Part shown: positions 1-9,005 of the stretch, in pieces | Numbering within the stretch: the first letter of the stretch is position 1 | Layout of the letters: each line of letters opens with the position of its first letter | From: an uncultured Sulfitobacter sp. | GTDB lineage: Bacteria > Pseudomonadota > Alphaproteobacteria > Rhodobacterales > Rhodobacteraceae | DNA length: 64,000 nucleotides | NCBI GenBank assembly: GCA_937138475.1 | Contig: CAKZPD010000015.1 | Span: forward strand, 6,256-70,255 | Direction of reading: 5' to 3' | The notes under the pieces: generated by a model | Seen by the model: only the letters and a program-made list of their open reading frames with translations | Databases searched by the model: none | Told to the model about the DNA's origin: nothing | Program-made: the position numbers and the translations under genes

Positions 1-1328
1 CGGCCGACGCCCGCGCCATCTGCCCCGAGCTGATCACCCGGCCCGCTGATTTGGCGCAGGGAGCGGCCGCACTGGCAGGCCTTAGGCGCTGGATGGTGCG
101 TTATTCGCCGATGGTGGCGCGGGATGGCTCGGACGGGCTGATCGCTGATATTTCGGGCGTGCCGCATCTTTTCGGGGGCGAGGCCGAGATGCGGGCCGAC
201 ATACACGCGCGGCTGGAGCGGGTTGGTCTGACCCTCTCGAGCGCCATCGCCGAAACCCGTGGCGCGGCCCAGGCGCTGGCCCGCCATGGTGGAGGCATCC
301 TACCCGAGAGTGCGGTAAAGGAAGGTATCGCCGGCCTGCCGGTCTCGGCGCTCCGGATCGGGAGCGATGTGGCCCAGGGCCTTGCCTGGGTGGGGCTGAA
401 CAGGATCGGTGATCTTGCCGATCTGCCGCGTGCCCCGCTTGCACGGCGGTTTGGCCCGGGGCTCGTGCTGCGGCTCGATCAAGCGCTTGGCCTTCAATCG
501 GAACCGGTGGCCCCGGAGGCAGATGCGCCTTATTTCGGGGTGCGCATGACCATGCCGGACCCCATCGGCCTCGAGGCCGATGTTATGTCGGGTCTGTCCC
601 GCCTGCTTGCTCGGCTCTGCGGCACACTGGGTCAACATCATCGTGGCGCACGGCGGCTGCGGCTCGAACTGCACCGGGTCGACCGGGAAACGGTGCAGGT
701 CGAGATCGGGCTTGCCCGACCGATGCGCGATCCCGAGCGGATTGCAGCGCTTTTCAAAAAAGGCGTGTCTGAGGTCGAGGCCGGGTTCGGGATCGAGGCG
801 ATGCGCCTCGTCGCCCATGTGACCGAAGACCTGCAGCCAGAGCAAATCGGTGGCCCCAGAACGATAACCCGCGAGGACGCGCTGGCGGATCTTTTTTCGC
901 GGCTCGGTAATCGGCTGGGTTTCGATCGGGTTTTGCGGCTCCTGCCCGCCACCAGCAAGATTCCCGAACGCAGTTTCCTGGTGGCGCCGGCCGCCTATAG
1001 CGCGGCGGAACAGCAGCCGCCGTATCGCGGGCCGGATCGGCCGATCATCCTCTTTCCACCCGAGCCGGTCACAACGAAAGGAATGAGTCAGCCCGGGCAT
1101 CCACCGGCCCGTTTTGCCTGGCGGCGCATGTCCTTTACCACCCTGCGCGCGGACGGACCCGAACGGATTGCGCCGGAATGGTGGTTTGACGATCCTGCCT
1201 GGCGCTCCGGTCTGCGCGATTACTGGCGGGTGGAGACCCGCGAAGGCGCACGGCTCTGGCTGTTCCACACCCCGCAGTCCCCAGCCTGGCCCGCGCAGAG
1301 CTGGTTCGCACAGGGTGAGTTCGCATGA
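1..1328 (+). CDS. imuB: ImuB, Y-family-polymerase-like protein of the imuA-imuB-dnaE2 mutagenesis cassette (5' end outside window)
   Basis: The reading frame is open from nt 3 (ADARAICPELITRPADL...), so the gene starts upstream of the window. Sequence is ImuB-like. Its stop overlaps the dnaE2 start (ATGA at 1325-1328). Confidence 0.85.
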   Translation, partial: ADARAICPELITRPADLAQGAAALAGLRRWMVRYSPMVARDGSDGLIADISGVPHLFGGEAEMRADIHARLERVGLTLSSAIAETRGAAQALARHGGGILPESAVKEGIAGLPVSALRIGSDVAQGLAWVGLNRIGDLADLPRAPLARRFGPGLVLRLDQALGLQSEPVAPEADAPYFGVRMTMPDPIGLEADVMSGLSRLLARLCGTLGQHHRGARRLRLELHRVDRETVQVEIGLARPMRDPERIAALFKKGVSEVEAGFGIEAMRLVAHVTEDLQPEQIGGPRTITREDALADLFSRLGNRLGFDRVLRLLPATSKIPERSFLVAPAAYSAAEQQPPYRGPDRPIILFPPEPVTTKGMSQPGHPPARFAWRRMSFTTLRADGPERIAPEWWFDDPAWRSGLRDYWRVETREGARLWLFHTPQSPAWPAQSWFAQGEFA

Positions 1329-4300
1329 CCGGCTATGCGGAGCTTTGCGTGACCAGCAATTTCACCTTCCTGACCGGGGCCTCGCATCCCGAGGAGCTGG
1401 TCACGCGGGCCGCCGAACTGGGTCTGAACGCCATCGCCATCACGGATTGCAATTCGGTGGCGGGCGTGGTGCGGGCCTTTTCTGCCTTGAAGGAGCTGGC
1501 CCGGCTGCGCGACGAAGCACGCGCGGCGAGCGACGGAGCCGAGACCGGCCCGACAATCCGATCCCGGCAAGTGACCGATCATTCCAGCCGCCAAACGGTG
1601 CAACTTCATACCCTCGCAGATTCAACCGTTCAGATCCCACAAGGCACCGCCTTGCCCAAGCTTATACCTGGCGCCCGGATCGTGCTGACTGACAGCGAGG
1701 TTGACTGGCTGGCCCTGCCTACGGATGTTGTGGCCTGGTCGCGGTTGACCCGGCTTCTTTCGCTGGGCAAGCGGCGGGCTGTGAAAGGCGAATGCCATCT
1801 GACGCGCAAGGATTTGCTGGATTGGGGTCAGGGCATGGTGCTGATCGCGTTGCCCCCTGATGCGATGGACCACCCGGTCCAGACGTATACCAGCGACCTG
1901 CGGCAAATGTTGCGCAGCTTTCCCGGCCAATGCTTCCTTGGCGCGGCTCCGCGCTATGATGGCCGCGACCCCTTGCGCTTTGAGCGGCTGGAGCGCCTTG
2001 CTCATGATACCGGCCTTCCGCTGGTGGCGGTTGGCGATGTTATGATGCATCGCTCGGCCAGGCGTCCGCTGGCCGATGTCCTGACCTGCTTGCGCGAGGG
2101 CTGCACGATTGACACAATCGGCGAGCGCCGGCTGACCAATGGCGAACACCGGCTTAAATCCCCGAGCGAGATGGCACGCATGTTCCATCGCTATCCGGCG
2201 GCAATCCGACGCACGCTTGAGATCGCCGACCGTTGCGCCTTTCGGCTGGATGATCTGCGTTATCAATACCCCGACGAGGCGCGCAGCGGCGAACCCGCTC
2301 AGGCCCGGCTTGAACGCCTCTCACAGGAGGGGCTGCATTGGCGCTATCCAAAGGGACCGCCGGCCAGGATCATTGCCCGGGTCGACAAGGAACTGAGGCT
2401 CATCAATGAGATGGGCTATGCGCCCTATTTCCTGACGGTGCATGACATCGTGGCCTTCGCGCGCTCAAAGGGGATTCTTTGTCAGGGCCGTGGGTCGGCC
2501 GCCAATTCGGTCGTTTGCTACCTGCTCGGCGTGACAGAGGTGCCCCCCGAAAGCATCACGTTAATCTTTGAGCGCTTCATCTCAAAGGAACGCGGTGAAC
2601 CGCCGGACATCGACGTGGATTTTGAGCATGAGCGGCGTGAGGAAGTGATCCAGTGGATCTATGAGCAATACGGACGCCATCGCGCCGGGCTGACTGCCAC
2701 CGTGATCCATTTCCGCTCTCGTGCTGCAATCCGCGAGGTCGGCAAGGTGATGGGGCTCAGCCAGGATGTGATCGCCCGGCTCGCGGGTCAGATCTGGGGT
2801 TGGTCGTCCAGTGCACCGGGCGAGGACCGGATGCGTGATGCCGGGATCGATCCGGCGGATGGGCGCGTGGCGCTTGCGGCGAGATTGATCGGCGAGATCA
2901 TCGGCTTTCCCCGCCACCTAAGCCAGCATGTCGGCGGCTTTGTCATCACCCATGGCCGGCTTGATGAGCTTTGCCCAATTGAGAACGCGGCAATGGAGGA
3001 TCGCACCGTCATCGAGTGGGACAAGGACGATATCGATGCGCTCGGTCTTCTGAAGGTCGATGTGCTGGGCCTCGGCATGCTGACCTGCATCCGCAAGGCC
3101 TTCGGGTTGTTAAGGGATCACCGTCACCTGCGGCTGACCCTCGCCAATGTCCCACCAGAGGATCCGGCGGTTTACGACATGCTCTGCAGCGCGGATGCGG
3201 TCGGGGTCTTCCAGGTTGAAAGTCGGGCACAGCTCAACTTCCTGCCCCGGATGCAGCCCCGAAAATTCTATGATCTGGTGTGCGAGGTCGCCATCATTCG
3301 GCCCGGCCCGATCCAGGGCGGCATGGTTCATCCCTTCATCAATCGCCGCCAGGGCAAAGAGGCCGTCGAAGACCTTGGGCCCGCCATGATGGAGGTGTTG
3401 GGACGCACCTATGGCGTCCCTCTCTTTCAAGAGCAGGCCATGCAGATCGCGGTCGTCGCGGCCGGGTTCACGGCGGCCGAGGCCGACCGGCTGCGCCGCT
3501 CGCTTGCTACCTTCAAGCGGATGGGCACCATCGGCGCGTTCCGCGAGCGATTCATCTCGGGGATGCTTGCGCGCGGCTATGAGGCCGGGTTCGCGGAGCG
3601 ATGCTTTGCCCAGATCGAGGGCTTTGGCAGCTATGGCTTCCCTGAAAGCCATGCGGCGAGCTTTGCGCGGCTGGTCTATATTTCGGCCTGGCTAAAGCGG
3701 CACCATCCGGCGGTCTTTACCTGCGCTCTGCTGAACAGCCAACCGATGGGCTTTTATGCCCCGGCGCAGCTCGTGCGCGACGCGCGCGAGCATGGCGTTG
3801 AAATCCGCGCCGTTTCTGTCAATCATTCGGCTTGGGACTGCACCCTAGAGCCGCGCAGTGACGGTGGCTTGGCGCTGCGCCTCGGCTTTCGGCAGATCAA
3901 AGGGATGCGCGAAGAGGATGCGATCTGGATCGAGGCGGCCCGAGGCAATGGCTATCCAGATGTGGAAAGCCTCTGGCGCAGGGCCGGGGTCAGGCCTGAT
4001 GCGCTGGAGCGGTTGGCCGAAGGGGATGCGTTTGCCTCGCTTGGTCTCAATCGGCGCGATGCGCTTTGGGCCGCCCGGGCGCTGCAAGGGCCCAAGCCAC
4101 TGCCCCTCTTCGGGACCGATGGCGAGGGCGGAGCGGAACCTGAGGTTGCACTGCCGGCGATGACGCTGGGCCAGGAGGTGATCGAGGATTATCTGGCGCT
4201 GCGGCTGTCCCTGCGCGCCCATCCGGTTGAACTCCTACGCTCGCGCCTTCCGGAAAGCCTGCCCCATGAGCGGCTGGACCGGGCCACCGGGCGCATCACG

Positions 4301-4678
4301 GTGGCGGGCCTCGTCATCACGCGGCAACGTCCCGGCACCGCCGCGGGCGTGATCTTCCTGACGCTGGAGGATGAGACCGGTGTGTCCAATGTGGTTGTCT
4401 GGAACCGGGTTTATAAGACCTTCCGCAAGGCGGTGATCGCAGGGCGGCTCTTGCGTGTCTCAGGCCGGATCGAACGCGAAGGCCAGGTTGTTCATGTGAT
4501 CGCCGAGCGGGTCGAGGACATCTCGCCAATGCTCTCAAGTCTCGGAGAACCGGCCATCGACGCATGTGATCGCCAAGTTGCAGCGGTGGATCACACCGCC
4601 CGCAGCGCTGGAGGATCAAGCGCACGCCATCCGCGCGAACAGGCCAAGCAGCTGTTCCCGAGCCGGGATTTTCATTAG
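1325..4678 (+). CDS. dnaE2: Error-prone DNA polymerase DnaE2 (Pol III alpha paralog)
   Basis: 1117 aa. It has a PHP-type N-terminus (CVTSNFTFLTGASHPEEL), Pol III alpha core motifs (GRGSAANS, PPDIDVDFEH) and an OB-fold-like C-terminus. It is translationally coupled to imuB. Confidence 0.95.
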   Translation: MTGYAELCVTSNFTFLTGASHPEELVTRAAELGLNAIAITDCNSVAGVVRAFSALKELARLRDEARAASDGAETGPTIRSRQVTDHSSRQTVQLHTLADSTVQIPQGTALPKLIPGARIVLTDSEVDWLALPTDVVAWSRLTRLLSLGKRRAVKGECHLTRKDLLDWGQGMVLIALPPDAMDHPVQTYTSDLRQMLRSFPGQCFLGAAPRYDGRDPLRFERLERLAHDTGLPLVAVGDVMMHRSARRPLADVLTCLREGCTIDTIGERRLTNGEHRLKSPSEMARMFHRYPAAIRRTLEIADRCAFRLDDLRYQYPDEARSGEPAQARLERLSQEGLHWRYPKGPPARIIARVDKELRLINEMGYAPYFLTVHDIVAFARSKGILCQGRGSAANSVVCYLLGVTEVPPESITLIFERFISKERGEPPDIDVDFEHERREEVIQWIYEQYGRHRAGLTATVIHFRSRAAIREVGKVMGLSQDVIARLAGQIWGWSSSAPGEDRMRDAGIDPADGRVALAARLIGEIIGFPRHLSQHVGGFVITHGRLDELCPIENAAMEDRTVIEWDKDDIDALGLLKVDVLGLGMLTCIRKAFGLLRDHRHLRLTLANVPPEDPAVYDMLCSADAVGVFQVESRAQLNFLPRMQPRKFYDLVCEVAIIRPGPIQGGMVHPFINRRQGKEAVEDLGPAMMEVLGRTYGVPLFQEQAMQIAVVAAGFTAAEADRLRRSLATFKRMGTIGAFRERFISGMLARGYEAGFAERCFAQIEGFGSYGFPESHAASFARLVYISAWLKRHHPAVFTCALLNSQPMGFYAPAQLVRDAREHGVEIRAVSVNHSAWDCTLEPRSDGGLALRLGFRQIKGMREEDAIWIEAARGNGYPDVESLWRRAGVRPDALERLAEGDAFASLGLNRRDALWAARALQGPKPLPLFGTDGEGGAEPEVALPAMTLGQEVIEDYLALRLSLRAHPVELLRSRLPESLPHERLDRATGRITVAGLVITRQRPGTAAGVIFLTLEDETGVSNVVVWNRVYKTFRKAVIAGRLLRVSGRIEREGQVVHVIAERVEDISPMLSSLGEPAIDACDRQVAAVDHTARSAGGSSARHPREQAKQLFPSRDFH

Positions 4679-5184
4679 GTGTTCGCTCCCGATCTCCGGT
4701 GGATCGGAATTAGGAACAATCGCAAAAAAAACGGCGATTTGACTGCCATCGGGTGAATTCTGCTGCGCAGCAAGCGGGGGTCTTTGGGACGTGACACATC
4801 CTGATCCCACCTTCCCAATTAGGCCAAAACGTACAAATTTTTGCCCATTTGCTGCGGCGGGGTTGCGTCCACCCGGTACCAGTATTCTAATCGAGGCGTC
4901 GATTCCGATCCTCGCTTTTTAACCTTGTTGACCTAAATCACAGGCCGGGCGTGCGGGCCGCCTGATCAAGCGTCACCAACTCTTGCCCATATTTCTTTCC
5001 CGGTAATTTACCCTTCTGAGTAGGGCGGGCCCGCAACCTTGGCTGCAAACAATAATCTCAACTTGCCTTGCTACTTAGCCCAGGCAGTCAATCCATCGCA
5101 ATCTGAAATGGCGGGCGAATTGGGGGATGCGGTTGAACTATTTGGACTTAAAGCTTTGATTTATAAGAATTAAACCAAATGTAG

Positions 5185-5274
5185 TGGCGGAGACGAAGGG
5201 ATTCGAACCCTCGAGACCCTTCCGGGCCTACTCCCTTAGCAGGGGAGCGCCTTCGACCACTCGGCCACGTCTCC
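5185..5274 (-). tRNA. tRNA-Ser (anticodon GCT), CCA encoded
   Basis: The reverse complement reads GGAGACG-TG-GCCGAGTGGTCGAAGGC-...CTCCC CTGCTAA GGGAG-long variable arm-GAGGGTTCGAATCCCTT-CGTCTCC-G-CCA. The acceptor stem has 7 bp, the anticodon loop is CUGCUAA, and the long variable arm is class II. Confidence 0.9.
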
Positions 5275-5281
5275 GTGGATC

Positions 5282-5310
5282 GGGATACTTGCTCGGGAAG
5301 GGGGTTGCAA
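5282..5310 (-). promoter_or_regulatory. Candidate sigma70-type promoter for tRNA-Ser
   Basis: On the minus strand there is TTGCAA (5310-5305), a 17-nt spacer and TATCCC (5287-5282), ending about 7 nt before the tRNA 5' end. The -10 element is weak. Confidence 0.35.
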
Positions 5311-5401
5311 GGCATGATTTACCCAAAACGGTGGAAAAATCTTTGCCTGAAAATCAGGGGGGTGCGCCCTGCCCCGGTTGTGGCAGGACGCAAGCCGGGG
5401 G

Positions 5402-6292
5402 TTAGAGTGACGCCTGATAGATTTGATTGATCTGCGTGCCCAGCGCCGCGTTGAATTCGGCATCTGACATGCGCACGTTCAGCCCTTCGGTCAGGGCGCG
5501 GCTGAAGCTGGCGATCATCTTGCGGTTTTGCGACAGCTTTTGGCAGGCATCAGCAGTCGAATAGCCGCCCGACAGGGCCACAATGCGCAGCACATTGGGG
5601 TGATCGGCCAAGACATCATACAGCCCGGCCACATCGGGCAATGTCAGCTTGAGCATGACTTCGGCGTTTTGTGGCAGTGCATCCAGATGTGCCGACAGCG
5701 CGGCAAGCAAAAGGTCTTCGGCCTTGGCTTTGCTGGGGGAATGGATATTCACCTCGGGTTCGATAATCGGGACCAGCCCGGCATCAACCACCTGTTGGGC
5801 CACGTCAAACTGCTGGGCGACCACCTTGTCGATCCCCTGCCCGTTCGCGCCGTGAATGACCGATCGTTCCTTGGTGCCGAAAATTCCCTTGGCGCGGGCC
5901 TGGGCCAGCAGATCGTCAAGGCCCGGCATCGGCTTGAGCAGCTGCACATCCTCGGCCTGGTCTTCCAACCCTTTGTCAATCTTGAGGAATGGCACCACAC
6001 CGCGATCTTCCCACAATAGTTTGGCGACCTCTTTGCCGGTGATGGTTTCGTTCATTGTGCGTTCGAACAAGATGGCACCGATGACTTTGTCCGAAGTAAA
6101 CCCGTCGGCCAGAATGATCCGCGCGCGCATGTCGTGCATAGCCTGAAACATTTCTGCCTCAGAGGAATAATCGCTGGGTTCCACGCCATAAAGGCTCAGC
6201 GCTTTTGGCGTTGAGCCGCCCGATTGATCCAATGCGGCGATAAAGCCTGCGCCAGATTTCATTTGCGCGCGCATGGTGGGCTGGTTCGACAT
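5402..6292 (-). CDS. fba: Fructose-bisphosphate aldolase, class I (short bacterial type)
   Basis: 296 aa. The N-terminus GAGFIAALDQSGGSTPKAL and the overall sequence fit the roughly 300-aa bacterial class I FBA family. Confidence 0.85.
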   Translation of the reverse strand: MSNQPTMRAQMKSGAGFIAALDQSGGSTPKALSLYGVEPSDYSSEAEMFQAMHDMRARIILADGFTSDKVIGAILFERTMNETITGKEVAKLLWEDRGVVPFLKIDKGLEDQAEDVQLLKPMPGLDDLLAQARAKGIFGTKERSVIHGANGQGIDKVVAQQFDVAQQVVDAGLVPIIEPEVNIHSPSKAKAEDLLLAALSAHLDALPQNAEVMLKLTLPDVAGLYDVLADHPNVLRIVALSGGYSTADACQKLSQNRKMIASFSRALTEGLNVRMSDAEFNAALGTQINQIYQASL

Positions 6293-6382
6293 GGTGTGCT
6301 CCGTCTTGTGATTCCTGATTTGCGCCCTTTTAGATCAGCTTTCAGGCGGATGATATATGTTTGCGGCGGACAAAACCGCCGA

Positions 6383-7153
6383 TTATCCCAAGGACCCAAG
6401 CGCGGGAAAGCGTTCAAGAAGCCACCAGGACAAACTGGTAAACGCGCCGGTCAAAAGCGCCAGCCCCACCAACAAAAGCAAGGCCCCCATGCCGCGTTCA
6501 ATCAGCTTCATATGTTTCTTGATGCGGTTCATCAGATGCACGGCACGCGCGATGAACAATGCCGCCAGAATGAACGGCAGGCCCAGACCGATGGCATAGA
6601 CCCCCAAAAGAAACGTGCCGCGCATGACCGAGGCCTCGCCGGCGGCGAGGGACAAGATCGCGCCCAGCTGCGGCCCAATGCAGGGCGTCCAGCCAAAGGC
6701 AAAGGCCAGCCCCAGCACATAGGCGCCAAAGGCCGATCCGCCGTGTTGACCGGCGTCGATCCGGGCCTCTTGATCCAGCAGGGCAATCCGGAACACGCCC
6801 AGGAAATGCAGGCCAAAGACGATGACAACAATGCCTGAAATTCTGGCGAAAACCTCTTGGTTTTGCAGAAAAAATGCCCCAAAGACCGAGGCGGTGAACC
6901 CCAATATCAAAAACACAGTGCTGAGGCCCATAACAAAGAACAGCGCCGCCAAAAACGCTTTGCGCCGGGCGTGCCCGCCCTGGGCCATATCGCCGATGGA
7001 TACCCCGCTCATATAGGCAAGATAGGGCGGCACAATCGGCAGCACGCAGGGGCTGAGAAAGCTGATGCCCCCGGCCACCAGCGCCACAAATATCGCCGGC
7101 AAAAGCGCAGCGTCGATGATTTCAATTCCGAACATAACCGTGGCATACGCCAT
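6383..7153 (-). CDS. ccdA: Cytochrome c biogenesis / thiol-disulfide transporter CcdA family membrane protein
   Basis: Multi-pass membrane protein with the FLSPCVLPIVPPYL core motif. The track ORF (to 7291) is over-extended. I chose the ATG at 7153; the ATG at 7135 is also possible. Confidence 0.8.
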   Translation of the reverse strand: MAYATVMFGIEIIDAALLPAIFVALVAGGISFLSPCVLPIVPPYLAYMSGVSIGDMAQGGHARRKAFLAALFFVMGLSTVFLILGFTASVFGAFFLQNQEVFARISGIVVIVFGLHFLGVFRIALLDQEARIDAGQHGGSAFGAYVLGLAFAFGWTPCIGPQLGAILSLAAGEASVMRGTFLLGVYAIGLGLPFILAALFIARAVHLMNRIKKHMKLIERGMGALLLLVGLALLTGAFTSLSWWLLERFPALGSLG

Positions 7154-7227
7154 TCCTGCGGCCAGGTCACGCGCCGCATTGTCACAACCTTGTGGACAGC
7201 TTTGACGATCCTGCGTATCACAGCGCC

Positions 7228-7464
7228 ATGACGATGGATGCAGATCTTGATGCACGCGGATTGCTGTGCCCGCTGCCGGTTTTGAAGGCACGCAAGCGGC
7301 TTCAGGCGCTTAGGGCCGGGGCGCTGTTGACCGTGTGGGCCGATGATCCGGCCGCAGTGATCGACATTCCGCATTTTTGCACCCAAGCCGGTCATACGCT
7401 GGTGTCAGCGCAGGAAGACGGCCCGGTTCAGGTCTATGTTATTCGCAAAGGCGACCGGGGCTAA
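7228..7464 (+). CDS. TusA/SirA-family sulfur-carrier protein
   Basis: 78 aa with the CPxP active-site motif ([15 protein letters not shown]). The ATG at 7228 gives the usual family length. Confidence 0.8.
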   Translation: MTMDADLDARGLLCPLPVLKARKRLQALRAGALLTVWADDPAAVIDIPHFCTQAGHTLVSAQEDGPVQVYVIRKGDRG

Positions 7465-8939
7465 ACCGCAAGGGTGGCTTGGACCGCCCTGCCCCATGCT
7501 TGGTATTTTCGCGCGCGGATTTCTGGGGCCATGGCCGGTGAAAATCGCCGTTCGGCCTGCCAATTTGCCTGAAAACCGCTTTGGTCTGGATAGATACCCG
7601 CCTGCATACCCGCCAGCCACGCGGCCCCCAGCGCCGTTGTTTCAAGGGTCTTGGGGCGCTCGACCGGGGCGTTAATCATATCGGACAGAAATTGCATGGT
7701 CCAATCCGACGCGGCCATGCCCCCATCGACCTTCAAAACCTGAAGCGCGCCCCAATCTTGGGTCATTGCCTCGATCAGGTCGCGCGATTGCAGCCCCACG
7801 CTTTCAAGGGCGGCGCGGGCAATTTCGCGCCGCGTGGTGCCGCGCGTCAGGCCAAAGATTGCGCCGCGGCACTGCGGGTTCCAATACGGCGCCCCAAGGC
7901 CGGTGAAGGCCGGCACAAAAGTGACCTGCTGATCGGGGTCCGAGGTCTTGGCCAATGTCTCGGATTGGCTGGCCGTGTCGATGATGTTCAAACCATCGCG
8001 CAACCACTGAACCGCCGCCCCCGCCACAAAGATCGACCCCTCAAGCGCGTAAGACGCGGTTCCGTTGAATTGAAAGGCAATGGTGGTCAGCAGCCGCGCC
8101 TGCGATTGAACCGCCTGCCTGCCGGTGTTCATCAGGGCAAAACAGCCGGTGCCATAGGTGGCCTTGATCATGCCCGGTTGAAAGCACGCCTGCCCGATGG
8201 CGGCGGCCTGTTGATCGCCGGCAACGCCCAAGATCGGGATTTCAGCCCCCAGAATGCTGGGATCAAGCTGTCCGAAATGACCGGCGCAATCTTGCACCTG
8301 CGGCAGCATTTGCATGGGAATATCAAGGGCTTTGCAGATATCAGGGCACCAGTGACCCTTGTGAATGTCAAAGATCATCGTGCGTGATGCGTTGGTGGCA
8401 TCGCAGACATGTGCGGCCCCGCCGGTTAGGCGCCAGATCAAAAAGCTGTCGACAGTGCCGAACAAAAGCTGCCCGTTTTCGGCCTTGGCGCGCGCGCCGG
8501 CATGATGATCCAGGATCCACTTGATCTTGGTGCCGGAAAAATAAGGATCCAACAGCAAACCGGTGCGGGCGGTGATTGTCGGGCCAAGCCCCTGTTGTTC
8601 CAGCGCGGCGCAAGTGTCTTGGGTGCGTCGGTCCTGCCAGACGATGGCACGCCCCACCGGCTGGCCGGTGGTTTTATCCCAAACCACCGTCGTTTCGCGT
8701 TGATTGGTGATGCCGATGGCCGCGATCTGATCGGCGGTGATCCCCGCCTTGGCCACCGCCTCGCGCAGCGCGCGCAGCACCCCCTGCCAGATGTCTTCCG
8801 GGTCGTGTTCAACCCAGCCCGGCTTGGGAAAATGCTGGGTGAATTCGTGCTGGGCCATGGCCCGGATCTGCATGTCTGCATCAAAGACCATCGCCCGGCT
8901 TGAGGTTGTTCCTTGATCTATCGCCAGCACAAAGCCCAT
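7461..8939 (-). CDS. glpK: Glycerol kinase
   Basis: 492 aa FGGY kinase with [16 protein letters not shown] at the N-terminus and GTGCF, and GlpK-like sequence throughout. Confidence 0.95.
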   Translation of the reverse strand: MGFVLAIDQGTTSSRAMVFDADMQIRAMAQHEFTQHFPKPGWVEHDPEDIWQGVLRALREAVAKAGITADQIAAIGITNQRETTVVWDKTTGQPVGRAIVWQDRRTQDTCAALEQQGLGPTITARTGLLLDPYFSGTKIKWILDHHAGARAKAENGQLLFGTVDSFLIWRLTGGAAHVCDATNASRTMIFDIHKGHWCPDICKALDIPMQMLPQVQDCAGHFGQLDPSILGAEIPILGVAGDQQAAAIGQACFQPGMIKATYGTGCFALMNTGRQAVQSQARLLTTIAFQFNGTASYALEGSIFVAGAAVQWLRDGLNIIDTASQSETLAKTSDPDQQVTFVPAFTGLGAPYWNPQCRGAIFGLTRGTTRREIARAALESVGLQSRDLIEAMTQDWGALQVLKVDGGMAASDWTMQFLSDMINAPVERPKTLETTALGAAWLAGMQAGIYPDQSGFQANWQAERRFSPAMAPEIRARKYQAWGRAVQATLAV

Positions 8940-9005
8940 CGCACGCCCCCCGTTTGCCCGGCCCTATCTGGCAACAGGCCGGGGCCGGGTGCAAATGAAA
9001 ACTGC

